Positions 1 through 11,282 of a stretch of 64,000 nt of DNA are shown in pieces. The notes beneath the pieces were generated by a model. The model ran no database searches, was not told where the DNA came from, and was given only the letters and a program-made list of their open reading frames with translations. Made by a program: the position numbers and the translations under genes. The stretch lies in contig NMRA01000724.1 in the NCBI GenBank assembly GCA_002633005.1, positions 6,328-70,327 on the forward strand. Direction: 5' to 3'. Source of the DNA: Phoronis australis. Its lineage: Eukaryota; Animalia; Phoronida. Within the stretch, counting starts at the first letter, position 1. Every line of letters starts with the position of its first letter.

Positions 1-165
1 GGGGATCCAGGACTTTGAGTTGGGGGGGGGGGGGAGGCAAGGTAGAGTATTAGCCAGGATTTAGCCAGTCAGAGAAATTCGCGCTCCTGAACTGCCAAAT
101 GCCGGAATCTGGGGGAGGGGAAGGCTGGGGCACAGCCCCTTGGCTCCCCTCTAAATCTGCCACTG
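1..165. mobile_element. hAT-like MITE (CAGKGGCGGA-type termini), left end cut by the window edge
   Basis: Ends ctaaatctgccactg and aligns with the complete copy at 37271-37430. Confidence 0.7.
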
Positions 166-292
166 TGTTCTGTCCAGTTAACTGAAATTGAGCTCTAATA
201 CGAGGTTATGCTTTGGACGAAAGAATTAGGTGTTTTAATTTCAAAATTCAACTTGGTTGAGATTGATATTTGAAAAATATAACACATGAAAT

Positions 293-1286
293 AGACGTAA
301 TTATTAAAACCAAGAAAGCAGAATTGATAGTCATATAATTTTTATTTTCAATTGCGAGCCTAGTTTTTTATCATAATCAAAATATATATTTAATAATATC
401 AAGTATTATTTCAGATCAATGACAAATCAACTGTTAGGCCCGGCTGGTAGTGCCTACCTCACCAGGACTTAGGCTATGCTTGAAGCTAATAGGCCTACTC
501 TTGATCAACAAATTAAACCAGATGAGACTTGCACATGACAGCAAAATGCTATGAGCCACCACTGTCGAATATATATTCAACTCGTCAACAATACGACCAG
601 ATGACCTGTCTAGTACTTTAGCTTTGTTTATCGCAGTGAGCCTCGCTTTGGATTTTAATGTCCGCCGCGTGAATAGAGTCTATGGACTCTATTCACGCGG
701 CGGACATTGCGTGAGTTAAATTGCCGGTCTTTCGAGTCCAACCTGGATATTGAATTTTAATGATGTGTCGACAATTAACCACAAAGACGTAGAAAATTAC
801 ATTACAGAACAAGTTAAGGCGCCAAAGAGTTGTCTGACGAAAGGGTTTAACTTTTTTTCGGAAAACTAGGTTCGAAACATGAAAAGCCAAATATGACCAA
901 ATTGCGGCGATCGTAGTGTTACGGATTAGGTATTATACTGAATGCAGGGTTACGTTTTTTCTTGTGAATTGTTGATCAAAATACTTTCTACGCGGACCAG
1001 GTCATCTGCTCGTATTGTTGACGAGTTGAAGAAATATTTGACAGTGGTGGCTGTCATGTGCAATTAGTCACATCTGGTTTAATTTGTTGTTCAAGAATAT
1101 TAACATCAAGCATAGCCTGATCCTATGCACTCACTGGGACTAACAGTTGATTTGTCATTGATCTGAAAGAATAATTGATGTTATTAAATATATTTTTTAT
1201 TAAAATAATGAACCAGGCTCGTAATTGAAAATAAAAATTATTTGACTATCAATTCTGCTTTCTTGGTTGTAATAATTCTTACGTCT
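293..1286. mobile_element. Fold-back/MITE-like element with ~300 bp inverted arms
   Basis: 293-608 is the imperfect reverse complement of ~998-1286 (e.g. caagaaagcagaattgatagtca vs tgactatcaattctgctttcttg). The right arm runs into the gap. Confidence 0.8.
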
Positions 1287-2232
1287 NNNNNNNNNNNNNN
1301 NNNNNNNNNNNNNNNNNNNNNNNNNNNNNNNNNNNNNNNNNNNNNNNNNNNNNNNNNNNNNNNNNNNNNNNNNNNNNNNNNNNNNNNNNNNNNNNNNNNN
1401 NNNNNNNNNNNNNNNNNNNNNNNNNNNNNNNNNNNNNNNNNNNNNNNNNNNNNNNNNNNNNNNNNNNNNNNNNNNNNNNNNNNNNNNNNNNNNNNNNNNN
1501 NNNNNNNNNNNNNNNNNNNNNNNNNNNNNNNNNNNNNNNNNNNNNNNNNNNNNNNNNNNNNNNNNNNNNNNNNNNNNNNNNNNNNNNNNNNNNNNNNNNN
1601 NNNNNNNNNNNNNNNNNNNNNNNNNNNNNNNNNNNNNNNNNNNNNNNNNNNNNNNNNNNNNNNNNNNNNNNNNNNNNNNNNNNNNNNNNNNNNNNNNNNN
1701 NNNNNNNNNNNNNNNNNNNNNNNNNNNNNNNNNNNNNNNNNNNNNNNNNNNNNNNNNNNNNNNNNNNNNNNNNNNNNNNNNNNNNNNNNNNNNNNNNNNN
1801 NNNNNNNNNNNNNNNNNNNNNNNNNNNNNNNNNNNNNNNNNNNNNNNNNNNNNNNNNNNNNNNNNNNNNNNNNNNNNNNNNNNNNNNNNNNNNNNNNNNN
1901 NNNNNNNNNNNNNNNNNNNNNNNNNNNNNNNNNNNNNNNNNNNNNNNNNNNNNNNNNNNNNNNNNNNNNNNNNNNNNNNNNNNNNNNNNNNNNNNNNNNN
2001 NNNNNNNNNNNNNNNNNNNNNNNNNNNNNNNNNNNNNNNNNNNNNNNNNNNNNNNNNNNNNNNNNNNNNNNNNNNNNNNNNNNNNNNNNNNNNNNNNNNN
2101 NNNNNNNNNNNNNNNNNNNNNNNNNNNNNNNNNNNNNNNNNNNNNNNNNNNNNNNNNNNNNNNNNNNNNNNNNNNNNNNNNNNNNNNNNNNNNNNNNNNN
2201 NNNNNNNNNNNNNNNNNNNNNNNNNNNNNNNN
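1287..2232. other. Assembly gap
   Basis: Run of N. Confidence 1.
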
Positions 2233-2244
2233 GGTCACCATAAA

Positions 2245-2570
2245 CAGTGGCGGACTTAGGATATCACAAGGGGGGCCCAACATTTTGTCTGTAAACATTT
2301 GCGCAAAGCACAATTGTAGATGCGCATAGCACCCAATGGGGGGAGGTCGGGAGGGGAGTTTGTCCCCCTCCCGCCCAGGAAATTTTTCTGTTTTTATCTC
2401 TAAAAATCAAGCATTTTCCTTAATTCCCGAAGAATTACCCAAGAAAAAAATGCAAAAAAAAAAACACGGAGAAAGTGTCAAACAGGAAAAAGTGCAAATG
2501 AGCCCCACAGACTCGAACTCACGGCTAGAGCGCGCATGCTTTACCACTACACCACCACGATTTAACTCCT
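2245..2570. mobile_element. Left end of a hAT-like element containing a tRNA-like head on the minus strand (~2500-2560)
   Basis: Begins cagtggcggacttagga. The minus strand shows tggtgtagtggt (A-box-like) and gttcgagtc (B-box-like). Confidence 0.5.
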
Positions 2571-3685
2571 AATATGATACTAAGAGACTTACTTGTTTAT
2601 GGTCTACAGCATTTGCGCGCGAAAGCTTTTTCTTTTCGTAATGTTTATTACACTTTTTATATTTTGTGCAATCAGTTCGTAACAAATTTATTGTTTTTTA
2701 AATAGTCTTCGATTGCCCAAAAGACCAAATCCGTTATTTGCATTAATAACGCAATTGCGTTGGAAATCGTCTTAAAGTTTGACAAAGAGAGAATTATGAG
2801 TTTCTGAGTGATTCACTAAGGCTTCGATTAAAATTCACATCTTACCAGCAGCTTCTGTTTTTTATTCGTCACTCAGATTCCATTTTCTTTAAAAAATGAC
2901 GTAATTTTCTTCATTGCACACACAGGCGCTTGAGTTTATCGCAAATGACGTCACTCAATAATATATATTAGAAAACATAAAGGTTGGACACTCGAAATCT
3001 GTTTGCTCAGAATTTTCTACTCAAATGTGCATGGAACTCCACGAAACTAGCATTCTTTTGGCATTTTTGTCGCCAAATCACCACTCGAAGGCAATTTGAA
3101 GAGATCGAATGAAAGAAAGTATTCTAAGAGTTGTCCGATGCATGCATGGTTTTAATTACGTCTTTTACCGAGGAAAGGGTTATTTTGGAATAGCTTACCT
3201 AACTATTGATGAGCACGGACCCGCAGGTATTTCAGTATGATATGTCTCAGCTGCTCACTTATCACTGAATGTCAGTGTTGTACTATTAGCGGATCAAGTA
3301 GGCCTACCTATTTTCACGCCTGTTATGCACAATCATATTCTACGAGAGACTACCAATATCATGCCCACCAAAGAGAATGCACTCTAGTGTTGGGTTCGTA
3401 ATAAATTGAGAGTCCTCCCTCGCGGCGAACGGCCAGGCCGGGGCCATCGACAAGGTCATGACCTAAAGTCCAAAAGTAAATGCGAGTTATTCCCCCTGTA
3501 GCCTAACTTATGTAATCATAGATTAGTCTATGATGTACTGACTTTCATACCCTAATTAAAAATTTAGAATAAGTGTTCTGTTTGAAATTGATTAGTCCTT
3601 GGCGAGTATTCATATGTCGTGTTTAAGCATTTCCTTACGATAACGTAGTTTTTTTTTGTGTTATCCAGACAGCTCATGTTTTGGC

Positions 3686-3757
3686 CTCGCTGGTTCCCTG
3701 CGTGCTTAGCCCAGCGCGGCTACCGCCCCACCTAGCGGCACGCAGGGAACCAGCGAG
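3686..3757. mobile_element. 72 bp hairpin micro-MITE
   Basis: Perfect 20 bp TIR ctcgctggttccctgcgtgc, flanked by atgttttggc and atgtttggc. Confidence 0.75.
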
Positions 3758-5758
3758 ATGTTTGGCGTAAGAACGATTTAAAATCTCCCGCGTTTAGCCT
3801 ATTGTGTTCTGTTGGCAATATCTAGTAGGTCTAGTGTTCGCGATTGTCGTGGTCTGTAAATACTTATTTACGGACTGGTTACGTGTCTCTGGTGTTTCGA
3901 AGGTGTGTATATCATTTCACCTTGTTGCCCTGGTTGAGATCTATGTTTTACTGCCTTGTGCATTTCGCAAAACATAAAAAATCGTCATCGTGAAGACCGT
4001 TCTTTTCGTTCGTTGACGTTACCACGCGTCGTCCTCACACGCCGTAGGAGTCGTACTGGTGGTTTGTGAGAGCTAGGACTATAATTCATATTACTCCCAG
4101 GTGAGAGATGTTGTTTGTCTCGTTTGTGTTTTGGTTTTGCCTTGTTATCTTGTTCCAAGGTGTCAAATACTCGGGATGTTATGTGCTAGTAGCTGTCGGT
4201 ATTTCGAACTTCAACTGGTCATGAGTGAACCGCAACGCTCACGCTCACACGCCGTGAACTTTTGATATACAAACGACAACCATGCTGCTGTTTGATGGTG
4301 GGTAGTAGTTGCGTTGTTTCGAAGGTTTTCGTTTGTTTTAATATCTTACACGTAAGTTTTCATTTTTGATTCCAGTGTGGTCAAACTTTTCTTGGCTTGA
4401 TTAAATTAGCATGGTACCAACGCTTTTTAAAAAGTATTTGTTTTGATTTGAAGCATGTCATATAAAAATCTGTGTACCCTATACCTATCAAATCTAAAAC
4501 CTTGCGAATTTCAAGGGTCGTCACATTTGTCACCTTTTCTCTGTTCTTTTCTCTTTTTTGAATGATTGGATATCAAATGTAATTTTAATGAAAAAAACAT
4601 TGCAGAAAAGGAAACCAAATAATGATTNGGAGATGCGACAAAATATGATCTAACTTTTCGAAAACATTTATTTTACACGGACATATTTTGCTTCGTCGCG
4701 GCGTATGGCAACGACCCAACGCTTCCGAATCTCAACGTCTTTAAAGATTGTAAAGCGGACAGTTGCGTGTCCGTATTTTTTCTAGCCCGGCGTTCACGGA
4801 ACGAGAACACGGACTGAAACGCAGACTCCCCGGCCAATGCCGATAAGCTAACAGAGCTATCGTAGCGAGCCTCGTTTTGGAACGCGCCTCCTGTCGGCGT
4901 GAATAGGGTCTATGAAACAACAAGTGTGATCAAACGTTGTTGAGTTATTTTATCGAACATTGTCAGTCACAACTTGTGTTTAAGACAAAATCTCAAGAAT
5001 TGTTGCAAGGGCTGCAACGTATTTGAAGTGTGTTCATTCAAGTTTTTCAGCACGGTACTGTTCCTGTGTCGCACCCGGCCGCTGACGTCATTCTAGAATC
5101 TTGGAAAACATGCTGAATAAGATGTTTTCAGTCCAACGCTGGCAACTGGGATATTTAGTAAGTATACCATTCATGCCCGCCCACCTCTGCACTGGTAAGA
5201 TATAGCGGTCTCGGATTTTGAGAACCAACTGCAATCACTGAACAACAGGCCTGTTATTCAGTGGATAAAACTGGTTCTCAAAATCAGGGACCGCCCAGAT
5301 AGCACCACTACGTTGGGCCGACGTCGCCATTCGTTGGCTCGAGGTGGATTGGTCGTGGTCGGTTCTTTGACGTTGGTCCGACGTTGGTCCGACGTTGGTC
5401 GGCGGTCTACGAGATACTGCTTTTAAAAGCCTGTTTTGCACTTCCAAGTAAATTCGACGCTTGTGATATTATTTTTTTATAGTCACAGTGTATAAGTCAA
5501 GTTCTATTTGTCCTACTTTGAGTATTGTTCAGTCTTGACGTCGGACCAACGTTGGCTCACCGTCGGGCACGTTTGACGTTGGGCCGACTCGGGTGTGACG
5601 CGATGCGAGAAATCATATATGGTGCTGAGTCCGACGTCGGTCCAACGTCGTGTCGTTGTCAAAAGTGTATAGGTCCATTTAACTATAGCGTCAAATTGAA
5701 AAAGGAAAATTAAAAATCCGTCTGTGATTCAGAAAAATATTTACTGCCATGCGTAAGT

Positions 5759-6145
5759 CACAGGTGTCCTCAGCTTCTGATCGTCCCCAATACACTACAT
5801 ATAATACTACAAAGTATGACACTCCCGACTAGAAATTCCACGGGTGCTTCACTTCAGCCGTCCATAGCAAACATAAAACTCAATAAATTTACACAAAACA
5901 GGGGTTCAACAAACCATGAAGAATTGTTCTTTCTCCCAATACCATTCACGGTGTCCAGTTACGGCGACTTCGTAAGAAATTCGCAGTCAGAGAACAAAAA
6001 TGTTCACAAAAAGCCCCCACACACTTTCACCCTGGGTCCGTCGAGGTCAAGGACGGTACGAAAATTGCCGGTTTGTCACGCAAAGTCACGATGTCGATAA
6101 CTACACTTAGCCGCCAGTAGAAAAACTATTGAGTACTTTCCGTAA
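5759..6145. mobile_element. One-ended copy of the CACAGGCGTC-terminus family
   Basis: cacaggtgtcctcagcttctgatcgtccccaatacac... aligns with the arms of 9446-10172. Confidence 0.75.
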
Positions 6146-6149
6146 CTCA

Positions 6150-7593
6150 CCTATCCTGTTTACTGAATTCAATGTTGTTTAGTCGATTCTGTTTCGTCTA
6201 TCCTATTGTCTCCCACTTCATGAATTCAACCCAGACTCGTCGATTCTGTTTCGTCAATCCTGGCGGCCAAAGACACAACTAATATATGGCATATGCGCAT
6301 GCGCCTTTGTGCTCCTTTGAACGCTCCTGAAAGCGCCCGCATAAATGGCCGTTGTGGTGATTCGCTTGCTTGCCGGCAAATTTAGCTCTCCCCCTCATAG
6401 TTTTAGTTTCCGACGTTTAAGCAGAAAAAATGGCTATTGATGAACACAAAACTATGTCATTTTTATTTGGTGCACTGACGCACTGGTGTCCCCCGAAAGT
6501 ATTGCGGCACTTTATGATGAATATCCAAGGCAGTGCGGCTCAGATGCAGAAACACGTTCCCGTTTTTTTTGTTTTTTTTTGTCCACCGATAGATTTTCTG
6601 AGCAGCAGGTGTACGTCCTCGACCCCCGCAACTTTCGGGCTGCCTATACACATACAACAATGGTGCTTTGCCCAATTCCCCCCGAGGACTTTGGCCGCCC
6701 CGCCCTTATGGCATCCTAGATCCGCCACTGACTAATGCGTAATTTTAAACTGGCGTGATAAAAATAAATACTTAATACGAACATTGAATATCGCAAATGG
6801 ATCTGTAAACACACAAGAACTCATCCTGTTGCCAGGTGCACCTGCAGTGCCTGAAACAACGGCGGAGCTGGAGGCACTGGTGGGTCTCACATCAGTTGAC
6901 GCAAAGTTTGCCGTCGTAGTGTCCCTCAGTGCCGAAGTAGCGGCCAGAATCTGCTGGGTCAGGGATTGTGTGTCAGGCTGGTTGTTGACATTTTGCAGCT
7001 GGTCAACTGCATCGGTCAAAAGACCAATGATATTTGACAGCAGTTCTCTCTGTGACATTGTCAGAAACAATTCTTGCTTCGATTTTGACAGCAGACTTTT
7101 CAAAGTACGCAACGAGCCGACAACCAGGAGCTCAAAAGCATGCGCACATGCGACATATTGGTTTCGTCCACACGCTAACAAAATAGGATTGAATTCACAA
7201 CAGGATAGAATACACGAAGTTGTTAGTTTTACCCATACTCCGCTAGGATAGACGAAACAGGATTGAATTCACGACAGGATAGAATGCACGAAGTTATTAG
7301 TTTCAGCCATAGGCCGCTAGGATTGACGAAACAGAATCGATGAAACTGGATTGAATTCACGAGACGATAGGATAGACGAAAGAGAATGACTAAACAACAT
7401 TGAATTCAGTCAACAGGATAGAATATACAAAACAGCATTGAGTTCACGATATAGAATCGAAGAATGTGGATTGGATTGATATAATAGCATTGAATACACA
7501 AGATAGGATTGAATTGTCATACAGTTGGCATTGAGTTCATTAAATAGAATTGAATATCCATTTTAATGTTTTTTGCATAAACGGCCGCCCATA
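6150..7593. mobile_element. Truncated DNA transposon with inverted GATTGAATTCA subterminal arrays, IS3EU-like
   Basis: 6150-6268 is inverted relative to 7312-7420. Tandem ggattgaattcac/aggataga units at 7185-7560. The right end acggccgcccata gives a TAYGG terminus on the minus strand. Confidence 0.5.
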
Positions 7594-8119
7594 CTTAATA
7601 GGTTGTCATTTTCACTTTGGCTGTCTTATGGGATAAAAACGAGGCGCACATATCTAAGTCCCGATTGTCTAGCCGGGACCACTTGCACGCTAACAACGGC
7701 ACCGACCAGTGCCGCAGTGCGATATCAGGGTTATTGTCGTGGATATTTGGTAAACGGAATAAGGACATCTTAAGCGAAAAACAAACATATTTGTCCACCA
7801 CAAAGTTTAATAAGTTGATCGCTTAAGAATTAATAGAATCGTACACCACTATTTTGTGAGGTTTTATCAAGTGTTATGTGGGCCGAAACTTTCTTCAGCA
7901 AATCCGGAAATTTGCAAAAGTGGCCAAAAATGTTAGCCAATGAAACCCGTCAAAGATCGATTCTGCATATCCCATGGTCACGCGACTTGCTTAAAAGTCA
8001 TCGGGAGGGTTGTTCTCCGCTAGTGGTCTTTTGAACTTGGATTTGGCAACAACCAAGTAATGGTCGGATTAACAATAGTTGCTTTTTATTTGTCAGGTAT
8101 CTGCCGAGAACTGTAAAAA

Positions 8120-8247
8120 CTCAGCTCGCATTCGTTGGAAATTCCAGGTCGCATTTTGCGACTTGATACGAGCTGACAAGAATCTCAGCTCGCATTTCCA
8201 AATTTCAGGTCACAAATGCGACCTGCAGCTCGTTATGTCGAGCCCTG
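8120..8247. mobile_element. Right end of a hAT-like element
   Basis: Repeated ctcgcattt/tgcgac subterminal motifs ending tcgagccctg (CAGGGCTCGA terminus). Confidence 0.45.
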
Positions 8248-8953
8248 GCTTTAATAAAATGCTTAAAGAACACAGGAATGCCTTTAATGACATACTGCAT
8301 GCTGTGCATATCCTGATGTACAGTCGGAGCATTGCTGTCGCCACCAGTTGGTTGGATGACCCTGACTGTTCTTAACATGTTCTCGACTGTTTACCAACGT
8401 GGAACCTACCTGCGACTTTTTAACCACATGCGTTTTCCGATTGCTCCCATAGATGACATACTGATTTAATCGTTAAATCAGCACATGTATGTCCTCTATG
8501 GGAACAAGCGGGGAAAACCAGGTGGCTGAAAAGTTGAAGGTCGGTGCGACGTTGGCAAACGGTCGCCTCTAAGTTGGTGCGACGTTGGCAAACAGTTGCC
8601 TCTTAGTTGGTGCAACGTTGGAGAGCAGCCGCCTCTACGTTGGTCCGACGTCGGTAAACAATCGCTTGCAGGGTGGTGGGACGTTGATAAGGGGTCGGAA
8701 TTGAATTGGCACGACGTCGGTAAAGGTTCATATTTCCGCCGTCTGGCCCAGGTCGTACCGTCGTCGGTTATTAGTCGGCAGTCGGATCAACGTCGGGTCA
8801 TCGGCGGCCCGACTGCGACGTTGTTACAACGTTCAGCTGATGGACAAAATCATGTTGATCCGACGTCAGACACCAACGTTGGCCCGACGTAACGTGAGTT
8901 GTCGGACCGACGTTGGGCCACCGACAGCATGCTATCTGGGCGCTATATCCGAC

Positions 8954-9006
8954 CGCAGGCATCCTCATCCTGTATTGGGGACGATCAGAAGCTGAGGATG
9001 CCTGTG
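8954..9006. mobile_element. 53 bp minimal deletion derivative of the CACAGGCGTC family
   Basis: cgcaggcatcctca ... tgaggatgcctgtg with an 8 bp TSD tatccgac / tgtccgac. Confidence 0.75.
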
Positions 9007-9417
9007 TGTCCGACTAGTGCCACTTTGGCACTCAATGATTAATGAAGGATAGACAGTGACCACCGTCTCTAGCTGGCCAGTAGATACTGTAGTTCAAGTA
9101 CAGGCGGCGTCACTGTCTAAACTCTAAACGAGGACTGCTCAAAAACTGAAAAAGTTGATTAGAGGAGTATTAGTTCGAGTTGGGAAGAATTAAAGGCATC
9201 GAGTTAATAATTACAGCTACCATACACGGGTCCATGATTTGAGAACTATCCTCCCATCATAGATTATATTGACAATTAAGATATTCGCAACTCGTACTTG
9301 TTAGAAATAATGCCAGATAATTGGGCCAGGTGTTGTTAGTGGATAATGACGACAACATTATGCAGAAGAGCCCAGATTTTGTCCATTGAAAGTATACAGA
9401 GTTGGTGGTCCATGTAC

Positions 9418-10707
9418 GTACAGTGACCGTGAGTCTTTACTGGCTAACAGGCGTCCTCAGCTTCTGATCGTCCCCAACACACTATACTACAAGGTATGAC
9501 ACTCCGGACTAGAAATTCCATGGGTGCTTCACTTCAGCCATCCATAGCAAGCACAAAACTCAATAAATTTACACAAACAAAACAGGGGTTCAACAAACCA
9601 TGAGGAAATGTTCTTTCTCCCAATAACATTAATGATGTCCTACTCTACCGAGTTTGCAACAAATTCGCGGTCAAAGCAGAAAAATCTTTCCACTCAAAAA
9701 CTCACTGCGTCCTATCAATATGCTTCACGCACGCGAGTCAAATACTAGTAGGTCAAAAAGGTACGGAATATTCCGATGAGTTACAAATGGACGGCAATTG
9801 CCGGTTCATCACAGAAGGTTACAAAATGGTCTGGCTCAGTGTGGAGTTATTGATGTTGTGACCTTCAGTGACAAACCGGCAATTTCCGTGTAGCATATTG
9901 ATAGTACGCAGTAACTTTTTGGGAAGATTTTTGTGCTTTGACCGCGAATTTGTTGCTAACACGGTAGAGCAGGACATCGTAAATGGTAGTGGGAGAAAGA
10001 ACAATTTCTCACGATGGTTTGTTGAACCTCTGTTTTGTGTAAATTTATTGAGTTTTGTGTTTGCTATGGATGGCTGAAGTGAAGCACCTGTGGAATTTCT
10101 GGTCCGGAGTGTCATACCTTGTAGTATTCTATATAGTGTATTGGGGACGATCAGAAGCTGAAGACGCCTGTGTACTGGCTCCAAAGAAGGGACTGTGGAG
10201 CTCCTATAGGCACTTCATACGCTGGAAGATTTTCGGCGAATTAGGCCTCGCCCTGACTAAAACATCAAAGCTACGTTGTTATAAATACCTTTTGCGCACA
10301 GAGGGATCTTATGAGGCCACGGATGTATTTAATATCTTCCAGATCGACTAAATACTTTGTCTGTGAGCAGTCCCTCGTTCAGTTCCCAAAATCGGTAACT
10401 GACCATTTTTAACACTGCGCGCACCAGGGGACATGATGTCATACCACCTGGTGCACGCAGTGTTAAAAGTAGTGAGTTACCGATTTTGGAAACTGGACGA
10501 GGGGCTGCATGCTCGAAGAAAAAGTTTGATAACGGGAGTATTTCTTGGAGTTGGAAGGAATTACATACATCAACGGCCTCCTTAGGTGTCCCTTTGTGGG
10601 CTAAAGTTATTTATAACAATGTGACTTTGATGTTTTAGTCAATGCAAGGCATAATTTGCCGAAAAGCGCCTATTGGAGCTCCACTGTCCTACGATGGTCA
10701 CTGTCTA
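9418..10707. mobile_element. Palindromic MITE with ACAGTGACC termini, interrupted by 9446-10172
   Basis: Arms ~10190-10430 and ~10448-10690 are inverted (ttttaacactgcgcgcaccagg / cctggtgcacgcagtgttaaaa). A short relative lies at 9050-9119. Confidence 0.65.
9446..10172. mobile_element. Long-TIR non-autonomous DNA transposon (CACAGGCGTC termini, 8 bp TSD; superfamily uncertain, possibly Zisupton-like)
   Basis: ~280 bp inverted arms and a perfect TSD tactggct at 9438-9445 and 10173-10180. Confidence 0.82.
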
Positions 10708-11258
10708 CTATAGTCTATGCTCCCATTGAATAATGCCCGTTAGTCAGTGGTAGTAACTCGGGGGCTCTCAATTCACTTTTAAATCAGCAGGGACCCATCT
10801 ATCCGACTATTAATGACATCTGCAGTTCCTAAGGTATCCCTCAAAGCGAATAGCACTTTTCCGATTGGTGTACTACCGGTACTCTTGGAGTAAAGTAGTT
10901 CGTCATGCACTTGGCCACAAGCTATGTTTTAAAAGTTATTGACATCTAATTTAGTCACTGTGTGTTATTTATAGATGTTTCAATATACCTTAAGTTGCAT
11001 ATTCAAAGAATAATCCGCGTGATATTGTTAACTCTGATCAGCGTTTGTAAATCATCGAGTTATTACCAAAACGCACAGTCGTTTATCTTCAATCGTACGC
11101 ATTGCTGGTAGTTTTTAGCTTAATAGTTCATCGATTTTTAAAAATCGAAAACCAAACGTGGTTGTTTTTTTTTCATTTGAATACAGCAGTGGTATTTGTT
11201 TTTAGCGAAAACTGTTGGTTAATGCATTTTGAAAATTCGCCAGCATGTATAAGCAGAG

Positions 11259-11282
11259 ATGTTTTCTACAGTTTATGGTCAG
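11259..11282 (+). CDS. TNFR candidate exon 1 (MFSTVYGQ), start of signal peptide
   Basis: ATG at 11259 with in-frame TAA at 11250. Donor CAG|GTAGTT is phase 0 and matches the phase-0 acceptor of the next exon, giving MFSTVYGQVFIALAIDAAVG. Confidence 0.55.

Larger units (their letters stand above)
5294..8940. mobile_element. Non-autonomous CMC/EnSpm-like DNA transposon with nested insertions
   Basis: TIR cccagatagca ... tgctatctggg, 2 bp TSD cg, and arrays of ccgacgttgg-type subterminal repeats at 5310-5650 and 8545-8920. Confidence 0.8.
9258..10719. mobile_element. P-like MITE (CATAGA termini, 7 bp TSD) containing two nested elements
   Basis: catagattata ... tatagtctatg, with ctcccat at 9251-9257 and 10720-10726. 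Confidence 0.65.

Noticed and set aside
1242-2313. Long ORFs made of X (also 16558-16945, 25790-26216 and 40822-41890)
   Set aside because: Artefacts of N runs in assembly gaps.
2500-2560. tRNA gene (also 55420-55502)
   Set aside because: A/B-box-like words are present but no complete cloverleaf can be folded; more consistent with SINE-type or transposon-embedded remnants.
2245-6730. One intact 4.5 kb hAT element between cagtggcggacttagga and tcctagatccgccactg
   Set aside because: Flanks accataaa and actaatgc are not a TSD, and the span would cross rather than nest with the well-supported 5294-8940 element. Treated as two unrelated ends.
9819-10351. ORFs of 94-121 aa repeated at 5816-6100
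   Set aside because: They lie in the inverted arms of a non-autonomous transposon and show no transposase motif.
11140-11160. ISRE/IRF-like motif aaaatcgaaaaccaaac upstream of candidate exon 1
   Set aside because: Only a partial match in AT-rich sequence; not distinguishable from chance without conservation data.
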